From NCBI RefSeq assembly GCF_006345805.1, contig NC_043026.1, positions 11,098,001 through 11,162,000 of the forward strand: 64,000 nucleotides of DNA, read 5' to 3'. The position numbers were made by a program, and so were the translations under genes. Below, one piece after another: positions 1 through 10,916 of the stretch (its first letter is position 1; each line of letters begins with the position of its first letter). Source of the DNA: Octopus sinensis. Its lineage: Eukaryota. The notes beneath the pieces were generated by a model. It was not told the origin of the DNA. It was given only the letters and a program-made list of their open reading frames with translations, and searched no databases.

Positions 1-587
1 AAGTTCCCTTCCGAGGTACAAGTCCGGGCAGGGTTGTTTATGGAAGACCAGCAGTCGCCCATGCATACCAGCCTCGCTTCTCCGTGTACGAAGAGTAATG
101 GGTAAAGACCCCCTTCAGTCATGACTGACCATGGGATTTCACCTAGAAAGTTCCCTTCCGAGGTACAAGTCCAGGCAAGGTTGTTTATGGAAGACTAGCA
201 GTCGCCCATGCATACCGGCCTCTCTTCTCCGTGTACGAAGAGTAATGGGTAAAGACCCCCTTCAGTCATGACTGACCATGGGATTTCACCTAGAAAGTTC
301 CCTTCCAAGGCACAAGTCCAGGTAAGGTTGTTTATGGAAGACCAGCAGTCACCCATACATACCAGCTTCCTCTCTCCCTGCCATCGATGTTATCCAAGGG
401 AAAGGCTAAGGGGCCAATACAGCTTGGCACTGGTGATGAAGCAAATCATTTCTAATGCTGAGTGAACTGGAGCAACAGGAAATAAAGAGTCTTGCTCAAG
501 AACACAACACAACACACAGCCCAGACCAAGAATTGAACTCACTACCTCATGATTGTGAATCAGACGCACTGAGTCATGCACCTTCAC
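1..587 (-). mobile_element. tRNA-derived SINE (family D) with 147-bp tandem triplication of its 3' part
   Basis: aagttcccttcc recurs at 1, 148 and 295. The reverse complement of the head (gtgaaggtgcatgactcagtg...gagttcaattc) matches the + copies at 28360 and 49269. Confidence 0.8.
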
Positions 588-973
588 CTAACTGTAAAGC
601 ACCAGAAATCATCTTAAAGATCTAAACCCATTGATCTACCAATTACTATACATTGGAGAATGTTTTCCCATGTTGAAATATGCCTGAAATAATTCTCTTT
701 GAATTTTCGTCTTGTCTACAAATGTACTCTTTGCAAACATCAGATGGCCCCTCAACAACACATATGACTTTTATCAAATGTCCTTGTGCACCTTAAGTTT
801 TTTGTTTTTTTTTCTTGGTTGTGGCCCTGAGAAACCCTTCCATAACTGAAAGCCTTATTTGTGAACACAAACAAAAGACAAAAAAACTGTATTTATGGCC
901 CTCATTCATTTAAGAGAAACCCTTCCACAACTGAAAGCCTTATTTGTGAACACAAACAAAAAAACTAATAGTA

Positions 974-1199
974 TACAAGGGGGTGCTGGAAAGTTCCTGG
1001 TTTAGTGTAAAAGAAATTACAGGAGGATCAATTAATTATGATTTTATTTAACATATTCCCTTCTCAGATTCACACACTTATTGCATTGGTCCTTCGGTTT
1101 TTCTGAGCCCTGTAAAAAAAAAACTCAGAAGGTTGGGCCTCCAATCAGGCCTTTCCTGATAAACTCTTAAAACTAGGAACTTTTCAGCCCCCTCTCATA
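974..1199. mobile_element. Mariner-type MITE
   Basis: Imperfect TIRs tacaagggggtgctggaaagttcct / aggaacttttcagccccctctcata with TA flanks. Confidence 0.7.
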
Positions 1200-1519
1200 T
1201 AAGATGCACTTTTATAAAAAAAAAAAGAAATGTGTAAAAGTATCACCATGGGACCTATATGTGAAGCTGGACCTCCCATAATTTTTAATGCACTAAAAAC
1301 ATTTTCCCGAAATGTGTAGCTGATATTGGTATGCATCTTTTATGCCATCAAATGCTGCGTACCAGTGTGACCTTAAGACTATGGTTATCTTACTTACTTG
1401 TACTTATGGCGACATTCACCCTGGGTGGGTTGAGTCGGCTTCTTCCACCACCCTCGAGGCATTGTATTCGCCATTGAGAATTCATGGAAGAAGTTTCGCG
1501 GGAATATGTGGATTTGATA

Positions 1520-1990
1520 AGCGGTCCCCAACAATCCCGCGTGTAGAGACATCCTGTTTGCCGCAGATTGTCCGCAGACGCAGGGGCAGGATGACCGAGG
1601 AGCCGCCGGTTGCCGAAACAGACACTCCGAGGATTTTCACCAGAGCCCCGTCTGCCGGGTTGTGGCCCTAATACCACTTGGTGTCAGACCAATCCGCCTT
1701 GGGTGGCCCTACCAGGAACCGAAGCTCCCGACAGCATAGCTCTGACACTATCCGTTGCCAGCGTCCCCACCACGGTGAGGAGGGGATGGACTTTGGGGAC
1801 ACAAACAGACACTCCGAGGATTTTCACCAGAGCCCCATCTGCCGGGTTGTGGCCCTAATACCACTCGGTGTCAGACCAATCCGCCTTGGGTTGCCCTACC
1901 AGAAACCGAAGTTCCCGACAGCATAGCTCTGACACTATCCGTTGCCAGCGTCCCCACCACGGTGAGGAGGGGATGGACTTTGGGGATCAG
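1520..1990 (+). repeat. GC-rich repeat resembling a LINE (RTE-like) 5' UTR, with a 187-bp tandem duplication
   Basis: aaacagacactccgagg at 1616 and 1803; a partial homolog lies at about 58395-58505. Confidence 0.5.
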
Positions 1991-2197
1991 AACTGAAGTA
2001 AAAAATTATCACTGAAAATCGTTCTTTTGAGTTCTAGTCATGCAATTCACAAATACATGCTACATAAATAAAAAAAATAAATAGAAAATTTTTAAAAACC
2101 CTCTTAATTGTCTGTTATTTGTCATTAAAGTTTATTACAAAAACATTATCTCTCTAATGATTGAAAAATAGTGTTAAAAATCTGATTGTTGTGAAGT

Positions 2198-2870
2198 TGA
2201 ACCCTTTCGTTACTGTATTTATTTTGAGATGCTTTGTGTTTCTTTCAATTACTTTAAATATAACAAAGAATTTAGTAAAATAACTTAGTTATCATTAAGC
2301 TAGTGTTATGAACATAAATTGTGACTAAGGTTTGGTAGAAGATTTTAATTCAAAACTTATGAAAACAAGACATTTGTACTACAGAGCCAGAGGTGGTTTC
2401 AACCAGGTTGGTATCGAAAGGGTTAAGAATTGTTTCTCTATTATATTTTAACCCTCTTGTTACCATATTTCTGTTGAGATGCTCTGTGTTTCTTTCAATT
2501 AATTGTAAATATAACAAAGAATTTAGTAAAATAACTTAGTTATCATTAAGCTAGGGTTAGGAACATTAATTGTGACTAAGGTTTGATGGAAGATTTTAAT
2601 TCAAAACTTATGAAAACAAGACATTTGTACTACAGAGCCAGAGGTGGTTTCAACCAGGTTGGTATCGAAAGGGTTAAGAATTGTTTCTCTATTATATATT
2701 TTAACCCTCTTGTTACCATACTTCTGTTGAGATGCTCTGTGTTTCTTCCAATTATTTTAAATATAAGAAAGAATTTAGTAAAATATCTTAGTTATCATTC
2801 AGCTAGTGTTAGGAACATTAATTGTGACTAAGGTTTGATGGAAGATTTTAATTCAAAACTTATGAAAACA
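2198..2870 (+). mobile_element. Tandem array of piggyBac-type MITEs (about 250-bp period, 2.7 copies)
   Basis: ttaaccct...agggttaa ends; the third copy is truncated at the mariner remnant. Confidence 0.75.
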
Positions 2871-3531
2871 ATGTGACTGGTGAAGAAAAATGGATTTTCT
2901 ATCGAAATGTTAAACATCGTAAACAGTGGCTTGGTAAAAGTGAAAAAGCTCAACCACTACCAAGAAGGGAACTTCATGGGAAAAAGGTTCTTCTCTCTAT
3001 CTGGTGGGATTGCTAAGGAGTAATTCACTTTGAATTGTTATCACCTAATGCAACAATCAATACTCAAGTCTACTGTTAGCAATTAGAACGTCTGAACCAA
3101 GCTTTGAAGGAAAAAAGACCCGCTTTAGTGAATTGAAAAGGAGTGATGTTTCATCAGGACAATGCACGACCCCACACTGCAAAGATCACATCACAGAAGA
3201 TTGAAGAGCTTGGTTGGGAAAAAATTCTTCATCCACTTTATTCACCCGACCTCGCTCCTTCAGACTACCATTTGTTTCGTAGTTTACAGAATCATTTGGG
3301 GGACATGACTTTCGCAAGCCAGGAGGAGGTCAAAACTGACATTTCAGAGTTCTTCACTTTGAAACGAAAAGAGTTTTACATTGAAGGTATTAAAAAGCTT
3401 GTAAATAGATGGAAGGAAGTCTTAGATAATTAGGGAAAGTACATTGATGATTAAATTTCAATTAAATATAACATTTGATCACTTGTTTTCTTTATTCAAA
3501 ATTCAGACAGAACTTATGGGATGACCTGATA
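2871..3531 (+). pseudogene. Mariner transposase remnant (catalytic D,D34D region) with 3' TIR
   Basis: Translates to VTGEEKWIFY...WWDC*...MFHQDNARPH...HPLYSPDLAPSDYHLF; in-frame stops precede ORF 3143-3433. Confidence 0.9.
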
Positions 3532-3591
3532 TATATATTTCTCTTCGGGAAAAATTCAAATTTTTCTGAAATTTTACCAAAATTTATATAA

Positions 3592-3808
3592 ATATTACGG
3601 AGATGTACTCGCATAGCAAGTAATTTGATCTGAGATCGTGTGCTGAAACGAAAACAATTGCAGCGTGGAAGGTGTTTATAAGCCATTTAAGAAACACACA
3701 AAAGCCGTTCGATTCACTACAACATTTAATTAAACTTAAATGTTGGAGTGAATCGAACGGCTTTTGTGTGTTTCTTAAATGGCTTACAAACACCTTCCAC
3801 GCTGCAAT
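3592..3808. repeat. Fold-back copy of the 34.8-35.2 kb repeat family (about 150-bp hairpin, 3656-3808)
   Basis: aattgcagcgtggaaggtg...acatttaa followed by its near-perfect reverse complement. Confidence 0.8.
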
Positions 3809-3961
3809 TATATAAATATTATTAAATTTTAAAAAATGAAAATTAAGGAGGAAAGCATTTAAATAAAAATCCTTTATTTATTTGTGTGGGTGCGTACATC
3901 TATTTAGATCCGTATTCTTTTCCAGTTACCATGGAGAAAGCAATTCTTGGAGTTGGCTTAA

Positions 3962-4044
3962 TTAGTTCATTGAAATAAATGGCTGTTTGAGCTTGATGTC
4001 TTTAAACCGAACATTCATATCATTAATGCTGTCTGAAGCTGTCT
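3962..4044 (-). CDS. SPATA4: SPATA4-like exon 6 (last coding exon)
   Basis: tttccag acceptor, phase 1; (K)TASDSINDMNVRFKDIKLKQPFISMN*; AATAAA on the minus strand at about 3873-3882. Confidence 0.65.
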
Positions 4045-4133
4045 CTGGAAATACAAATGACAGTTATAGTTCGTTAAGCATACAGAAGAACAGGGACATG
4101 CACACATATACCCATAGTTACAATTTACAGAAT

Positions 4134-4508
4134 GAGTGGCTGTGTGGTAAGTAGCTTGCTAACCAACCACATGGTTCCGGGTTTAGTCCCACTGCGTGGC
4201 ATCTTGGGCAAGTGTCTTCTGCTATAGCCCCGGGCCGACCAATGCCTTGTGAGTGGATTTGGTAGACGGAAACTGAAAGAAGCCTGTCGTATATATGTAT
4301 ATATATATATGTATGTGTTTGTCACCCTAGCATTGCTTGACAGCCGATGCTGGTGTGTTTATGTCCCCGTCACTTAGCGGTTCGGCAAAAGAGACCGATA
4401 GAATAAGTACTGGGCTTACAAAGAATAAGTCCCGGGGTCAATTTGCTCGACTAAAGGCGGTGCTCCAGCATGGCCGCAGTCAAATGACTGAAAAGAGTAA
4501 AAGAGAGT
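4134..4508 (+). mobile_element. tRNA/CORE-like SINE family A with internal (TA)n/(TG)n
   Basis: gagtggctgtgtggtaagtagc...cttgggcaagtgtc...gtcaaatgactgaaa..gtaaaagag; more than 15 copies in this window. Confidence 0.85.
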
Positions 4509-4859
4509 ATATGCATTCTGATAGTGTAGAATGTGTTGCAGATGGAAATTTATGAGGTGCACATGTGGTAGAGAATGCATTGTGTCAGCATGTATAAATG
4601 AACAGGGTGGATGTTAGAACCACTGGGTATCCAAAGAAGGAAACTTGTGCTGGTGTGGACATGCTATGCACTGCAGGAAGGATTAAAACTGAATGAAAGA
4701 ATGATAGATTAGAAGGAATTAAAGACAAACGGGAAGAGATGGTGAAGCCTGGTCTCCAGTATTCTGGGCCTTAACGAAGAGATGAAAAGCACCATAAAAA
4801 GTAGAAGGGGGACAAAAAAATTATGACGATGATAATCAATGGAAATTGTAGCTGTGATA

Positions 4860-5710
4860 CCAGTGCCGATGGCACGTAAGAGAACTATCCGAATGTGGCT
4901 GTTGCCAGCGCCGCTCCGACTGGCCTCCGTGCTGGTGGCACATAAAATGCACCATCCGTTCGTGGACGTTGCCAGCCTCGTCTGGCTCCTGTGCAGGTGG
5001 CACGTACAAAGCACCATCCGTTCATGGCCATTGCCAGCCTCGTCTGGCTCCCGTGCCGGTGGCACGTAAAAAGCACCATCCGATCATGGCCGTTGCCAGC
5101 CTAGTCTGGCACCTGTGCAGGTGGCACGTAAAAAACACCCACTACACTCATGGAGTGGTTGGCGTTAGGAAGGGCATCCAGCCGTAGAAACACTGCCAGA
5201 TCAGATTGGGCCTGGCGCAGCCTTCTGGCTTCCCAGACCCCAGTTGAACCGTCCAACCCATGCTAGCATAGAAAACGGACGTTAAACGATGATGAAGGCA
5301 TTAGGAAGGGCATCCAGCTGTAGAAACACTGCCAGATCAGACTGGAGCCTGGTGCAGCCTTCTGGCTTCCCAGACCCCAGTTGAACCATCCAACCCATGC
5401 TAGCATGGAAAACGGACGTTAAACGATGATGAAGGCGTTAGGAAGGGCATCCAGCTGTAGAAACACTGCCAGATCAGACTGGAGCCTGGCGCAGCCTTCT
5501 GGCTTCCCAGACCCCAGTTGAACCATCCAACCCATGCTAGCATGGAAAACGGACGTTAAACGATGATGAAGGCGTTAGGAAGGGCATCCAGCTGTAGAAA
5601 CACTGCCAGATCAGACTGGAGCCTGGCGCAGCCTTCTGGCTTCCCAGACCCCAGTTGAACCGTCCAACCCATGCCAGCATGGAGAACGGACGCTAAACGA
5701 TGATGATGAT
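4860..5710 (+). mobile_element. SINE family C (RTE-like tail) with about 60-bp internal repeats and four 137-bp tail repeats
   Basis: ggcgttaggaagggcatcc at 5161, 5297, 5434 and 5571; ends in aaacgatgatgatgat. Confidence 0.8.
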
Positions 5711-6589
5711 ATATGTAACAATTTACAAATACATAAACACAGTAAGGCGATGCTGGTAATGATCACACTCAAATGGTGTCTTTTACGTGCCACTGGCACG
5801 GAGGCCAGATAGCTGCTCTGGCAACGATTACGCTGGGATGGTGCTCTTAATAAAACTTTATATATAGAGAACGTGAAATACACGAATTGACGAACACGGA
5901 AAACAGACAGTCATTCAGAGCCTTCATTCTTCAGTCAGAAACCGATTCATCATGGCAAATTTCGGCTGTTTAATTCTGAGATTTGCTCCAAAACGGCCAG
6001 CCCCAAGGAAAAACTAAGCTATGGGCATTAGATTTCCTTGGTAGAAGGAAAGAATGTGACAACAGAGACGAATAGGAAAACAGGAGACGAAGATAAAATT
6101 GGAAACAGTAACGAATAAAAACAGGAATGACTTACGACTTTGAGACAAAATGGGACAAAAACAATTGATCAGCAAGCGTGGGAAGCGGTTACCTTTTCGG
6201 TAGAGATAACACGTGTTGAACAAGCGGCTGTCACCAATGGAATGGCTTAGTAGCAGCAGGTTGCAAGAAGGTGAGAGAGAAAGAGAGAGAGGGGATTAAG
6301 GAGGGCCAAGAACAGAAGCAATAACCGGCTCAAGTGCCAGTTAGGTGACGCTGGTAACGATCATGCTCGAATGGTGCCTTTTAAGTGCCACTGGCATGGA
6401 AGCTGGTTAGCCGCTCGGTCAACGATCACACTCATATGGTGCTCTTTGCACCCTCTAGCACAGACGCCAGTCATCGAATTTGATTCTGATTTTGATTTTC
6501 ATTTCACTGCCTCAACAGGTCTTCGCAAGCAGAGTTTTAGTGTCCAAAGAAGGAAAAGGTAAGCATAAGTGGGCTGGTAATGCCCCTGG

Positions 6590-6807
6590 CATACTCTCTC
6601 TCTTTACTCTTTTACTTGTTTCAGTCATTTGACTGCGGCCATGCTGGAGCACCGCCTTTAGTCGAGCAAATCGACCCCGGGACTTATTCTTTGTAAGCCC
6701 AGTACCTATTCTATCGATCTCTTTTGCCGAACCGCTAAGTGACGGGGATGTAAACACACCAGCATCGGTTGTCAAGCAATGCTAGGGGGACAAACACAGA
6801 CACACAC

Positions 6808-6850
<43 letters not shown>

Positions 6851-7012
6851 TACGACAGGCTTCTTTCAGTTTCCGTCTACCAAATCCACTCACAAGGAAT
6901 TGGTCGGCCCGGGGCTACAGCAGAAGACACTTGCCCAAGATGCCACGCAGTGGGACTGAACCCAGAACCATGTGGTTGGTTAGCAAGCTACTTACCACAC
7001 AGCCACTCCTGC
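6590..7012 (-). mobile_element. SINE family A
   Basis: Reverse complement of the 4134-4508 family. Confidence 0.85.
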
Positions 7013-7310
7013 ATAGGCCTTATTAATTGTAAATGCTTTGATGGCAATGACAAAGGCATTGGTGATGAGCACCATCTTGATTATATTGCTGATGATGTTG
7101 TTGTTGTTGGTAGTTGTGGTGGTGGAAGTGGAGGTGGTTGGTGATAGTAATGGAAAAAGATGTATTATTAAGGAAAGGAAGGGATGGAGTATGATAGGAA
7201 AGATGGTAATAACAAAAAGCAGATGGTGGTGATGATGATTATGAAGAAGAGGATAAAATTGGCAATAATAAATCTCAGAGCGAGTTATAAACAGTAGCTA
7301 CAACACATCA

Positions 7311-7952
7311 TGACGTATATTTGCCATTTAAATATGGCTAACCCCTGAGGGTGGATCCTACTGTAGTTTGTAGCCCCAGGAGGACACCTCCTCCAGCTGG
7401 CCATAGACACACTTTCTGTGCCCTATCAGTATTTGCAAAGGGAAGCCATCCTTCCTGTCCGTGTGTATCATAAGTTGAAGACGGGAAGGGTGGCTTCCCT
7501 TTGCAAATACTGATAGGACACAGAAAGTGTCTATAGCCAGCTGGAGGAGGTGTCCTCCTGGGGCTACAAACTACAGTAGCATCCACCCTCAGGGGTTAGC
7601 CATGAGCAAGTTATAAACAGTAGCTACAACACATCATGACGTATATTTGCCATTTAAATATGGCTAACCCCTGAGGGTGGATGCTACTGTAGTTTGTAGC
7701 CCCAGGAGGACACCTCCTCCAGCTGGCTATAGACACACTTTCTGTGCCCTATCAGTATTTGCAAAGGGAAGCCATCCTTCCCGTCCGTGTATATCATAAG
7801 TTGAAGACGAGAAGGATGGTTTCCCTTTGCAAATACTGATAGGGCACAGAAAGTGTCTATAGCCAGCTGGAGGAGGTGTCCTCCTGGAGCTACAAACTAC
7901 AGTAGGATCCACCCTCAGGGGTTAGCCATATTTAAATGGCAAATATACGTCA
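7311..7952. mobile_element. Fold-back MITE, tandemly duplicated (326-bp period; two hairpins of about 270 bp)
   Basis: tggctaacccctgagggtgg...ccaccctcaggggttagcca occurs twice (starts 7335 and 7661); outer TIR tgacgtatatttgccatttaaat. Confidence 0.85.
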
Positions 7953-7997
7953 GGATAAAACTGAAATTTCTTTGAAAAAAAAAAAAGACAACCAAAC

Positions 7998-8154
7998 TTT
8001 TTGGAGGAGCTTTCTCAACATCTTCCTTGTGTGAGACAATATTTTGTTGGCGTACAGCCAGTTGACCAAGAGTAGGATGGACACGGAATCGTTCCGGATC
8101 ATCCTGACGTTTTTTCTGTCTCACTTCCGTATGACGATCTATAATTTTTTGTGC
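7998..8154 (-). CDS. SPATA4: SPATA4-like exon 5
   Basis: tctctag acceptor; AQKIIDRHTEVRQKKRQDDPERFRVHPTLGQLAVRQQ...; the donor GTTTGG is weak but its phase matches exon 6. Confidence 0.75.
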
Positions 8155-8394
8155 CTAGAGACAAAAAAAGGATGAATTATTTGGATATTAAATACAAACA
8201 CATCTGTGTGTGTGTGTGTGTTTCTTGGAGGCCTTGGATGAGAATGGAAACCCCTTACTCTCTGCTGGTTCCATCTAATATTCTTTCCTAATTACACACA
8301 TGCAGACATGAACACAAGCAGAGTTACGAATAAATATGTCATATATATTATCTGTAGGTGTAAGTATGTGTGACTATTTATATATATATATATA

Positions 8395-8781
8395 ACTAGC
8401 AGTATCGCCCGGCGTTGCTCGGGTTTGTAAGGGAAATAACTATATAAGCATTTTTAGAGTGTTATAGCAAAAAAATAGCAAAAAAAATGCATTAAAAATG
8501 GAAAAAAAATGATGGTAAATTTTCTTTTAAATCGTTGACTCATCGTAGATATTTTTAGAGAATTACTTCCCTTATATAATAGCGAAAAAATGCATTAAAA
8601 TGGAAAATTATTTTTAAAATCGTAGACTCATCGTAGATGCGCGCTAATACCCAGAAGGGCTCGATATGAATCACGACTATAAGATACCCGCTTTTGGTTA
8701 CACTGCACCGCAAAATGTGGGAGTAGTTAGGAATCTAAATCGTAGGAGACAGACACACAACTTGACTTTTATATATAAAGA
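8395..8781 (+). mobile_element. Non-autonomous Helitron/Helentron-like element
   Basis: 5' actagcagtatcgcccggcgttgctcggg and 3' ttttatatataaagat; relatives at 51197 and 52383 and a fragment at about 42060. Confidence 0.65.
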
Positions 8782-8951
8782 TAATAAGAGTAAATAATTT
8801 CTATAATGTTTTTTTAAAAAAACCAACAATCATTTACTGGTAGAATTCATTTCTACCATTAATTGGTTATATTTACATACCGAATTCTACCAGTAAATAA
8901 TTGTTGGTTATTTTAAAAAACGATTAGAGAAATTATTTACTCTTATTATTA
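8781..8951. repeat. Short inverted-repeat (MITE-like) element
   Basis: Arms ataataagagtaaataatttct...actggtagaattc / gaattctaccagt...aaattatttactcttattattat. Confidence 0.7.
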
Positions 8952-9167
8952 TATTACTAATTGGAATTTTCACTCCCTTACGACAGCCCATAATTTCTAC
9001 CTCTAAGGAACTATTTTTGTAATGCACATGGTAAAATTTTGGAGGGAAAATTTACGAATTCAACTGTCCATATAGGTTTAGCCTATGCTCGCTTTCTTCA
9101 ACTCTTTTGATGTCGCATGATCAGAAGGTCGAGGTACGTAGCATTTGATAAATCTATTTTTGTGGAT

Positions 9168-9235
9168 GTTTGCGCTGATGAAAGACATGTAATATATATT
9201 CATTATATTTCTAATCTAGAAACATGTTCGCAAAT
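9168..9235 (+). ncRNA. Minimal type I hammerhead ribozyme motif
   Basis: GUUUGCG-CUGAUGA-(stem II)-GAA-ACAUGU-U-CGCAAAU: 7-bp stem I, palindromic stem III, A.A mismatch at the base of stem II. Confidence 0.7.
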
Positions 9236-9399
9236 GACCGCCAGACTTTGTTTTCGTTATTTATTCCTTCTGTTTTGCATATGTGAATTACAAGGATATG
9301 TCGTATGTGGAGTCCCATTTGTAGAAAATAGAAATAAACAGTCTATGACAGCTATTTCTAATTTTTCAGTATGCGGCCAAGCAACCTGTTGCCTGCCCC

Positions 9400-9456
<57 letters not shown>

Positions 9457-9502
9457 GGAAAAAAATCAAGATAGAAAATGCTAAAATGATTTTATAAAAA
9501 AC

Positions 9503-9547
9503 ATTTCAGTACCGGTTTCAGTCATTTGAGACTTTTTCAACTATAAC
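9503..9547 (-). ncRNA. Minimal type I hammerhead motif with U3-A8 core variant
   Basis: GUUAUAG-UUGAAAA-AGUC-ucaaau-GACU-GAA-ACCGGU-A-CUGAAAU. Confidence 0.55.
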
Positions 9548-9619
9548 AATTAAATAATTAAATTTAGAAAGATTAAAAGAAAAGTTTTTTAGAAAGAATA
9601 TTTGTATAATGTTCAAATA

Positions 9620-9986
9620 CAAGTGGCATATTCCTTGTTTCTGCCTGTCTCTGAGACAGGTAGAAGACCGTCTCAGTAAGACTGCGTGAACTCCATCCCA
9701 TGCAGCTGTGGTAGGTTATACAGAGGCAAAGCATGCCACCCCCTCGAAATAAGGGTAGAGGAACATCGCAAAGCTGTGACATGGGGAGATATTGATAAAT
9801 CGGGTATAGCTGATCATGTATGGAAAAATGGAGACCACCTCCACCTGCAGGATGAAGTCAAAATAATAGACAGAGGACACCATTGGAAAATACGAAAACT
9901 AAAAGAAGCAGCACACATACTAGGACACAACAACCTCCTAAGCAGACCGAGTGCAAATATGAGCAGCATATGGGAACCGGTATTAA
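9620..9986 (+). pseudogene. Penelope-like element GIY-YIG endonuclease remnant
   Basis: SIPCSCGRLYRG...PLEIRVEEHRK...KSGIADHVW...HHWKIRKLKEAAHI; cut at the 3' end by a SINE at 9987. Confidence 0.85.
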
Positions 9987-10625
9987 GGAGTGGCTGTGTG
10001 GTAAGTAGCTTGCTTACCAACCACATGGCTCTGGGTTCGGTCCCACTACGTGGCACCTTGGGCAAGTGTCTTCTACTATAGCCTCAGGCCAACCAAAGCC
10101 TTGTGAGTGGATTTGGTAGACGGAAACTGAAAGAAGCCCATCATATATATATTTCTTTACTACCCACAAGGGGCTAAACATAGAGGGGACAAACAAGGAC
10201 AGACAAAGGGATTAAGTCGATTAAATCGACCCCAGTGGGTAACTGGTACTTAATTTATCGACCCCGAAAGGATGAAAGGCAAAGTCGACCTCGGCGGAAT
10301 TTGAACTCACAACGTAACGACAGATGAAATACCGCTAAGCATTTCGCCCGGCGCGCTAACGTTTCTGCCAGCTCGCCACCTTTATATGTATATGTATATA
10401 TATATGTATATATATATGAGTGTGTGTCTGTGTTTGTCCCCACCAACATCGCTTGACAACCGATGCTGATGTGTTTACGTCCCGGTAACTTAGCAGATTT
10501 GGCAAAAGAGACCAATAGAATAAGTGCTAGGCTTACAAAGAATAAGTCCTGGGGTCAGCTAAAGGTGGCACTCCAGCATGGCTGCAGTCAAATGACTGAA
10601 ACAAGTAAAGGAGTGAAGAGTAAAG
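9987..10625 (+). mobile_element. SINE family A split by a nested minus-strand family B SINE (about 10150-10381)
   Basis: Family A head 9987-10145 and tail 10400-10625; family B (ggcgagctggcagaaacgttagc...) lies between them. Confidence 0.75.
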
Positions 10626-10693
10626 ACTTGGAAGTTTTAAACAAAATATAAAAACAGGGAAACATAGTTTGAGTAGCAAGGAAACTGACTCAC

Positions 10694-10859
10694 CTTTCTG
10701 GCATTCATTAGTTGATTAGGGTAAACCAATAGTTCTGTAAACATTACGTTATTCTTAACAGATTTTGTAGCTGTTGATTGAGCGTGCAATGGTAGGCGCA
10801 TCTGATAGTCATAATCACACATGTCATCGCTTATAGGTGACACCACACTGAAGGCCCAC
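10694..10859 (-). CDS. SPATA4: SPATA4-like exon 4
   Basis: ttttcaag acceptor and gtgagt donor; (K)WAFSVVSPISDDMCDYDYQMRLPLHAQSTATKSVKNN...MNARK resembles SPATA4 DYSYQMRLPL..ST.SKS.K.N. Confidence 0.9.
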
Positions 10860-10916
10860 CTTGAAAAGTTAAAAACCAAATAAATAAATATTTCAGTGGC
10901 ATAATCGATTGGTCAA

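Noticed and set aside
1700-1800. Possible HDV-like ribozyme (CGU-CCCCACC-ACG resembles P3/L3) in the LINE 5' UTR-like repeat
   Set aside because: No convincing P1, P2 or J4/2 could be assigned by eye; an RNArobo/Infernal search would be needed.
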